DNA from: a virus
Length of the DNA stretch: 64,000 nucleotides
IMG/VR virus record: IMGVR_UViG_3300027977_000009
Reading direction: 5' to 3' (one strand)
The notes under the pieces were generated by a model. That model was not told where the DNA came from. It saw nothing but the letters and a program-made list of their open reading frames with translations, and did no database searches. Positions 6,930 through 15,403 of this stretch are shown here, piece after piece; within the stretch, counting starts at the first letter, position 1; every line of letters begins with the position of its first letter. Position numbers and translations under genes: made by a program.

Positions 6930-7319
6930 ATGCCTGGATACTATCTTTTTCTAGACGATATTCGTTACCCAAGCGATGTGCTTTGGGTACAGATTCCCCG
7001 TGACCATGTCTATGAGGTTGTTCGTAGTTATGACGAATTCGTATCTCACATCATTAATAACGGTATTCCAAACTTTGTCACGTTCGACCATGACCTGGCT
7101 GATGAACACTATGTAGCAATGCTTCAAGAGTGCGAAGGTAAGGAACATGTAGACTATGGTGTTGAAAAATCAGGTTACGATTGTGCTAAATGGTTGGTAC
7201 ATCATTGCGCTGAAATAGGGTTAATGTTTCCCAACTATATGGTTCATTCAATGAACCCAATCGGAAAAGAAAGAATTGATGCTTACATCGCAAATGCAAA
7301 AAAGCATCTGAATATCTAG
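6930..7319 (+). CDS. Cyclic-phosphate-processing receiver-like domain protein (RNA-repair associated)
   Basis: LFLDDIR, VRSYDEF, FDHDL, SGYDCAKWL, VHSMNPIG. Confidence 0.7.
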   Translation: MPGYYLFLDDIRYPSDVLWVQIPRDHVYEVVRSYDEFVSHIINNGIPNFVTFDHDLADEHYVAMLQECEGKEHVDYGVEKSGYDCAKWLVHHCAEIGLMFPNYMVHSMNPIGKERIDAYIANAKKHLNI

Positions 7320-7409
7320 GAGGGTTGCCAGAGTGGCCGAATGGGCTGGTTTGCTAAACCATTGTACCTCTCAAAGGTACCGAGGGTTCGAATCCCTCAC
7401 CCTCCACCA
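7319..7409 (+). tRNA. tRNA-Ser(GCT)
   Basis: Class II; loop TT-GCT-AA. Confidence 0.93.
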
Positions 7410-7448
7410 TATTGCATAAATAGTGTATCAACATTGAGGATGTTATTC

Positions 7449-8441
7449 ATGGATAGTCGTGCAGACATGCGAAAACTAATCTCGATCTGTGAGGGTATTC
7501 ATACCCAAGGCCCAGATCAAAGGGCGCCCGATACTTTTCCGGTATCTGGTGAGTTTGCGCGTGATAAGCGGAAAGATGATAAGCGTTATGGTTCTCCTGA
7601 AACAAATCAAAAAAAGCACGAAATCGCGACCGCGCTAGCAACAGAGTGGTCCAAGATAGAGGATCAGATCACAGGTACTTCTTCTCACGAAAAGATCACT
7701 CAGCTTGAGAAGAAAAAGGAAGAGCTATTAAACATCGCGAGAAAATATGAGATCGGCAATATCCTGACCTATATCATTTCGGCGAGGTCGGCTCGAAGAG
7801 ATAAAACAGAATCAATTGACCCGATCTATGAAGGCTGGGATGATGACGATGAATATGAGAAAGAGCCAATGCTTAAGCTTGATCTCAGAAATATCCCAAT
7901 CAATATGGGACTTTACGGACCTAAAAAAGCACAGAAAATTGCATACAAAGGGGTACGTGGTCTCATTGACGGGACGATTGATGAATACGATTTCCGTGAC
8001 TGCGAACGCGCCTTCCGTCAAGCGTGTGATCTACTTGATAATCATGGCCTGATCCCGTTGATCCGTTCTTCTAAAGTAGAATTTTTCGAATTGCCCGTCG
8101 CTTTACATGACTATAATGGAGTAGCGCCACTTTTAGGTTTTGGACGGATATGGGTAGACAGCCGAAAGTCTGCGTCATCCATGGCTAACACGATCATTCA
8201 TGAATTGGGTCACATCCTGCACCAGAGCGTCCCGAGTTCATTCTTCCCGTCACTGATCAAATTTTTTTCTCGTTCATGGTCAAAAAACGGAGACGATTGG
8301 TTCCCGACTGATTACGCCCGAACCAACACAATGGAATTCTTCGCTGAACTCTTTACCGCATATGTACACGATGAACTAAGTGGGCCACAGCAAGCTTGGA
8401 TGGACAAGTTCGTCAGGCGCTATCTTCGGTGGAGACGCTAA
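7449..8441 (+). CDS. Late protein with C-terminal zincin metallopeptidase
   Basis: HELGH ... TDYARTNTMEFFAELF; ATAAATA upstream; leader DMRKLISICE. Confidence 0.65.
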   Translation: MDSRADMRKLISICEGIHTQGPDQRAPDTFPVSGEFARDKRKDDKRYGSPETNQKKHEIATALATEWSKIEDQITGTSSHEKITQLEKKKEELLNIARKYEIGNILTYIISARSARRDKTESIDPIYEGWDDDDEYEKEPMLKLDLRNIPINMGLYGPKKAQKIAYKGVRGLIDGTIDEYDFRDCERAFRQACDLLDNHGLIPLIRSSKVEFFELPVALHDYNGVAPLLGFGRIWVDSRKSASSMANTIIHELGHILHQSVPSSFFPSLIKFFSRSWSKNGDDWFPTDYARTNTMEFFAELFTAYVHDELSGPQQAWMDKFVRRYLRWRR

Positions 8442-8514
8442 ACAATCGGTTATTTAGCTGCTTTTACGGCAACAGATTCTAGACGAGTGTAAGTTTTTCA
8501 CCATAAGAAAAAGG

Positions 8515-8543
8515 TTGACTTCACCTACCCGTTTTGCTATATT
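8515..8543 (+). promoter_or_regulatory. Early promoter (repeated phage consensus)
   Basis: TTGAC-N16-GCTATATT; near-identical copies at 18213, 21501, 22104, 22699 (+) and 35538, 37284, 48819 (-). Confidence 0.8.
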
Positions 8544-8579
8544 GAATTATAGAAATTGAATAGAGCAAAGGAAAGATAC

Positions 8580-8819
8580 ATGAGCGATTCGGTACATGAA
8601 CTAGCTGCCGCAATGCGGAAAGTGACTGAACTTCGCAACACGAAAGCACATCGTAACACGCTCACCGCAGCAATCAAGCGGCTTCGTAAGGTGGCGATTG
8701 AATGTGATACTAGACATGGCATTGAGGATCCTAAAAATTGGGCATCTGACTATCTCGTAGCAGTTAGTAGCGGGTTCCCTTGGTATGAACGATATGCCAA
8801 AATCGCAGCAGACTTTTGA
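8580..8819 (+). CDS. Hypothetical early protein
   Basis: ORF after early promoter and AAGGA RBS. Confidence 0.6.
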   Translation: MSDSVHELAAAMRKVTELRNTKAHRNTLTAAIKRLRKVAIECDTRHGIEDPKNWASDYLVAVSSGFPWYERYAKIAADF

Positions 8820-8837
8820 TTGTATAAAACGAATAAC

Positions 8838-8919
8838 GCACCGTTGGCAGATTGGGAATGCGGTGGACTGCAAATCCGCTACACAAGTGAAGTAGGTTCG
8901 ATTCCTACACGGTGCTCCA
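8838..8919 (+). tRNA. tRNA-Cys(GCA) with enlarged variable region
   Basis: GCACCGT/ACGGTGC-TCCA; GTGGA-CTGCAAA-TCCGC; variable TACACAAGTGAA. Confidence 0.88.
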
Positions 8920-8941
8920 ATTACTTTGAAAGGAGGAGAAA

Positions 8942-9103
8942 ATGTCTGGATTAGTATTAGCTAAAACGGGTAAGAGATATACTCGTCAAGAATGGGTGAG
9001 TATGGATCCTGAGGAACGAGAACTTCTACTGAGTAGAAACGGTCCCGCCTACACAGACGAAGCGTGGAAAAGACATTTCGGCAATAGAAAGAAAAATAAA
9101 TGA
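8942..9103 (+). CDS. Small hypothetical protein (53 aa)
   Basis: Strong AGGAGG RBS; stop overlaps pth2 start (ATGA). Confidence 0.55.
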   Translation: MSGLVLAKTGKRYTRQEWVSMDPEERELLLSRNGPAYTDEAWKRHFGNRKKNK

Positions 9104-9513
9104 AGTATAAAATGTACGTTATCTTTGCCCTCGAATCAGTAAAGAAAATGAACGGAGTCCGTGGCAAACTTGCCTCGATGAGCGGACATGCTTACCTACA
9201 CGCTTATTGGGATGCAACCATTCCCAATGCAAGACATACTGAAATTGCTGAACCTGAAGTTTTTGCTAAGAAACAAGAACAAGCGTTAGCATATGCCCAC
9301 AGTGACCATGCGTATAAGATCACTCTGATTGTGGACACTGTTGACGAACTTAGGGAACTTCAAAAGAAGCATAAGGACATCTGCGGAACGAGCCTTGTTA
9401 CTGACGCAGGCTTCACGGTATTTGATGAGCCTACCACGGTTTGTCTTGGCATCGGGCCAATACGAGAAGATAAAATCGGTGATGACATCAAGGCATTGAA
9501 GACCTTCTGCTAA
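9100..9513 (+). CDS. pth2: Peptidyl-tRNA hydrolase, PTH2 family
   Basis: KMYVI..GKLASMSGHA, KITL, DAGFT, TVCLGIGP. Confidence 0.85.
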   Translation: MKYKMYVIFALESVKKMNGVRGKLASMSGHAYLHAYWDATIPNARHTEIAEPEVFAKKQEQALAYAHSDHAYKITLIVDTVDELRELQKKHKDICGTSLVTDAGFTVFDEPTTVCLGIGPIREDKIGDDIKALKTFC

Positions 9514-9583
9514 GTCATACTAAAGTTTGGTTCTTTGTCCAAATCATCACAAGCAAACTATAACCCAAAATGCACGTAATAAA

Positions 9584-9658
9584 GGTCGATTAGCTTAGAA
9601 GTAAAGCACCCGCCTGATAAGCGGGAGACGGTAGGGGCGGTACCTACATCGACTACCA
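9584..9658 (+). tRNA. tRNA-Ile(GAT), atypical T-loop
   Basis: CCCGC-CTGATAA-GCGGG; T-loop GGCGGTA. Confidence 0.88.
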
Positions 9659-9701
9659 ATTTTATATACTTGATGTAGTTGGTTAGAACTTTTAAAACTA
9701 A

Positions 9702-9777
9702 GCTAGGTTAGTGTTAGCGGTTAGCACACGAGTTTGTGGAACTCGGCGGATTGGTTCGAATCCAATACCTAGTACCA
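9702..9777 (+). tRNA. tRNA-His(GTG), alphaproteobacterial type
   Basis: CGAGT-TTGTGGA-ACTCG; no encoded G-1; G1.U72; A73. Confidence 0.9.
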
Positions 9778-9783
9778 TTTAAT

Positions 9784-9859
9784 GACAGTATAGCTCAGCT
9801 GGTAGAGCGTTGGTCTCATACGCCGAATGTCGTTGGTTCGAGTCCAACTACTGTCACCA
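9784..9859 (+). tRNA. tRNA-Met(CAT), elongator
   Basis: Paired 1-72; loop CT-CAT-AC. Confidence 0.88.
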
Positions 9860-9876
9860 AACTTACTAGAAATTAT

Positions 9877-9956
9877 GGCTGTAGGGACTGCTTGGTGTGG
9901 TCGCCGGACTGTCACTCCGGATGTTCAGAGGGATTCGAATTCCCTTACAGTCGCCA
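9877..9956 (+). tRNA. tRNA-Asp(GTC)
   Basis: CCGGA-CTGTCAC-TCCGG; G73; CCA. Confidence 0.88.
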
Positions 9957-10031
9957 TTTTTAATACCCAAAACACTGTACAACAGTGATCGTCTATACTA
10001 TAATGAGAAAATAGAAACAAAGGAAACACAC

Positions 10032-10595
10032 ATGAAGATCAATCTACGCAAGGCCAACGCTATTCAAGTAGCGATCAACGAGATGATTAAGGGCCTCGAA
10101 TTCAATGCCACGACTAGCATCAACGAGTTCCAAGACGCTGCTAATGAGATTGGTGCCGCATCTGCGAAGTTTACTCGCAACCTTGCTCGTCGTGTTGCTT
10201 TGCTCGATGCCCTTTACGAGATTCGTAAGGCTGTTGCGTCGGCAAATGATAGAACAGGCATCGATAACCGTCTTGCTGACGTTGCTCGCCTTGAAAAGGA
10301 CTTTCAGTTCTACAGCACGTATGCAAAGGCTTCGGTCATTGCTGATTCCGCTGTCATCAACGGCAAGCTAGAAAAGATTCGTAACCGCAAGGAAGATGCT
10401 TATTCTTACCGAGACGAGACGGTCGACACCTCCATCTTCACTCATAGTCAAGTTGACGGTTTCAAGGATATCGTTGCTTCTGCTAAGAAGCAGAAGCAGA
10501 AGCTGCAGGACGAACTCCTTGAGTTGAACGTCCGTACTGAAATTGAGTTTTCGGCGGCAACTGTTACTACGCTCACCAACGAGAAAATCCTTTAA
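10032..10595 (+). CDS. Helical/coiled-coil hypothetical protein
   Basis: AAGGA RBS, ATG 10032, codon usage typical of a highly expressed gene. Confidence 0.75.
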   Translation: MKINLRKANAIQVAINEMIKGLEFNATTSINEFQDAANEIGAASAKFTRNLARRVALLDALYEIRKAVASANDRTGIDNRLADVARLEKDFQFYSTYAKASVIADSAVINGKLEKIRNRKEDAYSYRDETVDTSIFTHSQVDGFKDIVASAKKQKQKLQDELLELNVRTEIEFSAATVTTLTNEKIL

Positions 10596-10925
10596 GGGGT
10601 ATATTGCTGGTCTAATCAACGTTAAGGTAGATCACAGTTATCGATAAGTTTGGTAGTCAAGCATCTTAATTGATGTAAACTACCCGGAAGGAAAAAAGAG
10701 ACGAGAGTAGGCCTTAACATTGAGCTGGCGCTTGAAACGCTGAACACTAGCATGAGTCAAACCTATTTTGTTGCACGTTGTGGTTTGAGTATAAGTTAGT
10801 TTTTGTAGTTTGTTTTTTGTTGATTGCTTGATAGGTTGTTCTTGTATGAGCCACCGATGCAGATTGCACAGTCTATCACTTACTTTTTTCCTTCTGTATT
10901 TTTTTTATAATAGGCAAAATAGTTC

Positions 10926-10996
10926 TTGACATTGAGGTCAAGAACAAGTATATTAAGTAAATCAAGACGAGAAATTGACTTGACGTTCTTTGAAAT
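10926..10996 (+). promoter_or_regulatory. sigma70 promoter + boxA
   Basis: TTGACA-N17-TATATT; GTTCTTTGAAA at 10985. Confidence 0.7.
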
Positions 10997-11006
10997 TGTA
11001 GATTTA

Positions 11007-11137
11007 TATACTCATTAGATGGGTAGTGGCTCGCTCCTAACCGTACATAAGGGGCCTTGTCACTTCAACAGGCTCTAGTCCAGCTGGCTAACCTGCTCTC
11101 GTCTTGATAGTAAACCACTATCCTTCTAATGAGTATA
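11007..11137 (+). ncRNA. Third stem-flanked small RNA cassette
   Basis: TATACTCATTAGATGGGTAGTGG / CCACTATCCTTCTAATGAGTATA helix; shares TAACCGTACA with the 1016-1135 cassette. Confidence 0.6.
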
Positions 11138-11151
11138 AAAATATAGTTTAT

Positions 11152-11228
11152 CGCGGGGTAGAGCAGTTTAGTAGCTCGTGTGGCTCATAACCACAAGGTC
11201 GGAGGTGCGAATCCTTCTCCCGCAACCA
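11152..11228 (+). tRNA. tRNA-fMet(CAT)
   Basis: CGCGGGG 5' end, C1xA72 mismatch, CAT anticodon. Confidence 0.9.
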
Positions 11229-11229
11229 A

Positions 11230-11303
11230 GCTCCTATAGCATAAAATTAATGTACTGCGCTTCCAACGCAGAGAAGTCGGGGAGGTACCGACTGGGAGCT
11301 CCA
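11230..11303 (+). tRNA. tRNA-Gly(TCC), atypical D and T loops
   Basis: CTGCG-CTTCCAA-CGCAG; U73; T-loop GGAGGTA. Confidence 0.82.
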
Positions 11304-11310
11304 GTTTAAT

Positions 11311-11386
11311 GCGGGTATCGTATATAGGTATTACACAACATTGCCAATGTTGAGAAATGGGATCGTCTGGCCCATTACCCGCTCCA
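11311..11386 (+). tRNA. tRNA-Gly(GCC), 9-nt T-loop
   Basis: GCGGGTA/TACCCGC-TCCA; CAACA-TTGCCAA-TGTTG. Confidence 0.85.
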
Positions 11387-11455
11387 TTTCTATATTCCTA
11401 ACAAATGTGCTTAACTATTTCTATCCAACCATTCTTCTGCGCAAGTAGGACAAGC

Positions 11456-11531
11456 ATAAATACACATGCTGGTACCCGCTACAGTGTTAGAGTGGTCGGG
11501 ATAGTCATCCGCGAACTACATCTTTATTTAT
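11456..11531 (-). ncRNA. Orphan copy of the endonuclease-leader RNA element
   Basis: Minus strand ATAAATAAAGATGTAGTTCGCGG...CCC...TCTAA...CAGCATG..TATTTAT matches 54304-54383 and 61523-61601. Confidence 0.7.
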
Positions 11532-11533
11532 GA

Positions 11534-12037
11534 TTGGAAGCTAAAGTTTTAATTATCTCATACCAAGGTATATATGACGGGCAGAACTTTGAGTCTGCTA
11601 ACACCCCGGGACAGATAGGCAAAGCCTTCAATAACGGGTTTTCCTGCATGGTTGACGTATGGCGGTTTGATAATAAGTTATATCTAGGTAGAGAAAACGA
11701 CTGGATAGAAGTCACTGATCGTTATCTACAAGGCAATCGATTTTGGCTCAATTGTCAAAACACTGATGCCTATGCTTATTTAATATCGCAGCCTGTTAAA
11801 CTATATCCCAATGTATTCAAGTTCAGTGATGTTAGCACCGAATCTGTGCCTACAACATCAAGGGGTGGACAAATCATCGTTCCTGGAAACGTGCCCATTG
11901 ACAACAACAGTGTTGTTTATTTGCCTGAGATTGTAGATAGAGGCATGCTTAGCACTGTTAAATTGCGTTGTTATGGTATAACTAGCATATATTGTACATT
12001 CATTAAGAGAATACGCAATGAAGGGCAATGGTACTAA
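11534..12037 (+). CDS. Degenerate glycerophosphodiester-phosphodiesterase-like protein
   Basis: IISYQG...NTP.QI..A...GF..VDVW..LYLG resembles the GDPD N-terminus without the catalytic His; start codon uncertain. Confidence 0.5.
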   Translation: MEAKVLIISYQGIYDGQNFESANTPGQIGKAFNNGFSCMVDVWRFDNKLYLGRENDWIEVTDRYLQGNRFWLNCQNTDAYAYLISQPVKLYPNVFKFSDVSTESVPTTSRGGQIIVPGNVPIDNNSVVYLPEIVDRGMLSTVKLRCYGITSIYCTFIKRIRNEGQWY

Positions 12038-12492
12038 AATTCAAACTTACAATATGCATTCTTGTCACTCATTTCTGATTTTTCCCAATCACTAGCTAAA
12101 ATAAATCCAGCAGTCCGATATGTTTTCCAACTTGTATATTTTGGATAACTCCAGCACATTGTTGCATTTTCAGTTTTAGCTTGTGATATTGTCGCGTTTA
12201 ATAATGCAATTCCTATACCCTGTCCCCTAAATTTGGGAAATACATATAATCCCCTAGAACGATAACCATCATTATGTTTAGTATAGTGTCCGCTGTTCAC
12301 ACCAGCTAGTTCATTGTTCACGAAGTAACCAAGAAAAGCTGGATTACCCTCCATATTTTCGTAAGAATATCCTCCTAAAAAACACATGGCGCTAGTAGCC
12401 GTGATCTCACTAACTCTATTTGGCCATAGATCGTTTTTCCATATAGGAAGTATTTCTGCAAAAGATATTGATTTTACATTCGTAGAATACAT
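12034..12492 (-). CDS. GNAT acetyltransferase
   Basis: LYVFPKFRGQGIGIALL acetyl-CoA motif; Y..AGF. Confidence 0.85.
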   Translation of the reverse strand: MYSTNVKSISFAEILPIWKNDLWPNRVSEITATSAMCFLGGYSYENMEGNPAFLGYFVNNELAGVNSGHYTKHNDGYRSRGLYVFPKFRGQGIGIALLNATISQAKTENATMCWSYPKYTSWKTYRTAGFILASDWEKSEMSDKNAYCKFEF

Positions 12493-12538
12493 GCTAAATT
12501 ATTTATAGCATTCAGTGTAGACAAAGATAAATAAATCT

Positions 12539-12769
12539 ATGATAGCAATACTTAAACAGAGACTCCAAAATTTAAAAGATGCTGCCGCTCCTCTATCCGA
12601 AGAGGAAAGAAATGTTAGGTACGATATTTGTAAGTCATGCGAACACTTTGTTTCTTTGACTACTCAGTGTGCCCAATGCAAGTGCATCATGGCGGCAAAG
12701 ACTTATCTTCCCTTTGCAGAATGTCCTGTTGGCAAGTGGAATAAAGTAAAAAGAAATCAGCAGGGATAA
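12539..12769 (+). CDS. Small Cys-rich protein (DUF6171-like)
   Basis: RYDICKSCEH...CAQCKCIM...CPVGKW. Confidence 0.7.
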   Translation: MIAILKQRLQNLKDAAAPLSEEERNVRYDICKSCEHFVSLTTQCAQCKCIMAAKTYLPFAECPVGKWNKVKRNQQG

Positions 12770-12784
12770 CAGGGATTAACTACA

Positions 12785-14425
12785 ATGCAACAATATATTA
12801 TTGACTTTGTTAATAGTGCTACAGCCGCAGATATCAACGCATACTTAAATTCGTGCGGGGCATCTATAATCAAGAGCTTCAATGCGTTCGAAAAGGTAAT
12901 GCTAGTAGAATGTTTAGAAGTCCCACCTGCTAGTGACATCGTAGAGCATATCAAAGATGACGATCACACCAACCACATCAAATTGTTAACTACTATTCCT
13001 ATTCAAATACCCGTTCTACCTTCTGAAGGCAGCAAGACAGTTCAAATTAGTGAGCAGAAAGATTGGTGGAAGGTGTATAGTGGTTCTGTCGTAGACTTAG
13101 ATGCTACTGAATTTCAACTTCCATTAAGCGGTGCTGGATCAGTCGTGTATTTGTTGGACAGCGGCATCAAGCTGGATCATCCAGAATTCGAAGGTGCAGA
13201 TATTGAATGCTTATATTCACTCACTGACGATTTCGTTGACCGAAAAGGTCACGGTACTGCTCTTGCAAGCGTGATCGTAGGTAAAACTTGCGGAATCACT
13301 AATGCAAAATTGAAAGTAGTTAAGTTATTTGACACCGAAGTTCCTACTAGGCTCAGTGATTTCTTGAGTGCAATGGACGCTGTATACAATGACTTTGCGA
13401 CGAACAACTCTTATGGCATAATGAATTGTAGCTGGGCAATTGCAAGAAACGAATACATCGAAGCAAAGATCCAGACCTTGTTCCGAGCAGGGATACAGAT
13501 CGTAGTTGCTTCTGGAAACAATGGGTCTGATATTGGCGATGTAACTCCTGCAGCAATGCCCGAATCAATCGTAGTCGGGGCATATAATTCTTCTCTATTA
13601 CCGTGTGACTTCTCAGATTATACCGGAACATCAGCGATTAGCGTAACGCCAGGTAGTACTAACGGCGGCAAGCTTTCCGGCTGGGCGCCCGGGGAAGACA
13701 TTTACGCTGCTAAACTAGATGGTAGTTGTGGCTTTTCTTCTGGCACCTCGATGTCAGCGGCTATTCATTCTGCTATCATTGCATATAACGTAGCATTACC
13801 TCCCTTTCAGTTTGATGATAGTACGAACGCGATATGGAATAATGCAACAAGAAACAACGTCTCGTTTATGGCTAAAAGAGGATTGTTGATATTGGATGAT
13901 CCGAAATATCAAAACTCTCCTAATTTGGTTAGCCTTTTAATCACTGACATGCTCACTCCTTACGATGCACAAGGATCGGAACCATTATTGTTCGCTGCAA
14001 TATTTGCGGGAGCACCGGTCAGAGTCACTTTATTCAATCCAATGACCGTTTCTTCTGTAACCTTGCATGATCCTCTACCGAACGGTCTGGCGATTAATAA
14101 CTATGGAGTTATGAGCGGATATGTTGATTCTGTCGCAGGTGAAAAAGAAGAACATCAGGTTTCAGTGAGTATAACTGATACAAATGGGAATACTAGCAAC
14201 GGTAACCTCAAAATCGTAATTCTGAAAATTTTACCTATACACAATGTATCTTATGCTGTAAATCCTATCATTCCTTATCAGTTGAATCTTAACAATTGCG
14301 ATAACGTGGCTGTACGTTGTACCTTCGGGGACCCTGTCGAAGATTGTACTGGGCGTTTTTGCGACTTCGCCCAGGAATGTGCATGTGATCCTCCAAAACC
14401 ATTTGGACAATGCATATGCCAATGA
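12785..14425 (+). CDS. Subtilisin-family (S8) protease with prodomain, Ig-like domain and Cys-rich tail
   Basis: LLDSGI, GHGTALAS, ASGNN, SGTSMSAA; 8 Cys in the last ~42 aa. Confidence 0.9.
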   Translation: MQQYIIDFVNSATAADINAYLNSCGASIIKSFNAFEKVMLVECLEVPPASDIVEHIKDDDHTNHIKLLTTIPIQIPVLPSEGSKTVQISEQKDWWKVYSGSVVDLDATEFQLPLSGAGSVVYLLDSGIKLDHPEFEGADIECLYSLTDDFVDRKGHGTALASVIVGKTCGITNAKLKVVKLFDTEVPTRLSDFLSAMDAVYNDFATNNSYGIMNCSWAIARNEYIEAKIQTLFRAGIQIVVASGNNGSDIGDVTPAAMPESIVVGAYNSSLLPCDFSDYTGTSAISVTPGSTNGGKLSGWAPGEDIYAAKLDGSCGFSSGTSMSAAIHSAIIAYNVALPPFQFDDSTNAIWNNATRNNVSFMAKRGLLILDDPKYQNSPNLVSLLITDMLTPYDAQGSEPLLFAAIFAGAPVRVTLFNPMTVSSVTLHDPLPNGLAINNYGVMSGYVDSVAGEKEEHQVSVSITDTNGNTSNGNLKIVILKILPIHNVSYAVNPIIPYQLNLNNCDNVAVRCTFGDPVEDCTGRFCDFAQECACDPPKPFGQCICQ

Positions 14426-14436
14426 TGTAACTAATT

Positions 14437-15327
14437 ATGCATGATTGGTTCAAGGTCAGTGACAAACTATTAGATTTCACGGTTACTGAATTTAAAGAAA
14501 CCGTGAAATCTCCATTATTAGCAGCAATCGAAGCGGTAAATGACATCGTAAACAATTATCCTGCTCCTTATAATGTACTAGTGAGCGGCGGTATAGATAG
14601 TCAAGCTATGCTGTATGCATGGAAAATGTCTAATCACCCATTCAATGCTATCTCGTTTCGGTACAACCAAGATTTTAACTGGCACGACATAAAAACATTA
14701 CCACAATTCTGTGAACAAGAAAACATAAAGTATCAAATCATTGATTTTGACTACTTTAGATTTTTAGAAAACGAGTACGATAATATAGCAAGAAAATATC
14801 AATGTAGTAGTCCACAGGTAGCCATGCATATTAAAATGGCAACACTATTATCCGGTACTTCTATTTTTTCTGGAAACTTTCTATCACGTAATGTTGCAGA
14901 ACTGTCTTGTGCCATACTGGGTACATATAGATTTAGTATGACAGAGGAAGGGAAAAATACTATTCCTTATTTTTTCTTGCATACTCCGGAATTGGCATAC
15001 AGTCGTAATTATGTTAGGTACTCCAACAAACATATTGGTACAGTGGTATTAGAAGAATCAATGTATTATCAACGAGTCATTGAATACCAAAATATCGGGT
15101 TTCCTGTGATAGCACAACAGCAGAAGTATACTGGCTTTGAAAAGTTTAAAGAACATTACGACAGTCATCAGTCTGTTTTGATGGACAAAGAAAACCGATT
15201 GAGATTCCACAACAAACCAAGCCATCGTCCATTTGATTGGTTATTTAGATACCCATATGAAAAAATGTTCGGGGATTCTCGCATTAAATACGTTTTAAAT
15301 TCTCCTCCATATATTTTAGCTAATTAA
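14437..15327 (+). CDS. PP-loop (adenine nucleotide alpha-hydrolase) protein
   Basis: VLVSGGIDSQAM; KYTGFEK. Confidence 0.65.
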   Translation: MHDWFKVSDKLLDFTVTEFKETVKSPLLAAIEAVNDIVNNYPAPYNVLVSGGIDSQAMLYAWKMSNHPFNAISFRYNQDFNWHDIKTLPQFCEQENIKYQIIDFDYFRFLENEYDNIARKYQCSSPQVAMHIKMATLLSGTSIFSGNFLSRNVAELSCAILGTYRFSMTEEGKNTIPYFFLHTPELAYSRNYVRYSNKHIGTVVLEESMYYQRVIEYQNIGFPVIAQQQKYTGFEKFKEHYDSHQSVLMDKENRLRFHNKPSHRPFDWLFRYPYEKMFGDSRIKYVLNSPPYILAN

Positions 15328-15403
15328 CCCAAAACATCAAATATTACAAATAAACTTGATTATGACGTTGACTCTACTATAAATATATAGTATAAAGTAA
15401 TAT

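Noticed and set aside
401-9963. ORF-track entries overlapping tRNAs (401-667, 1374-1571, 4251-4492, 6706-6972, 9736-9963 and 5' extensions of 5513, 7341, 9897)
   Set aside because: Shadow frames across clear tRNA genes.
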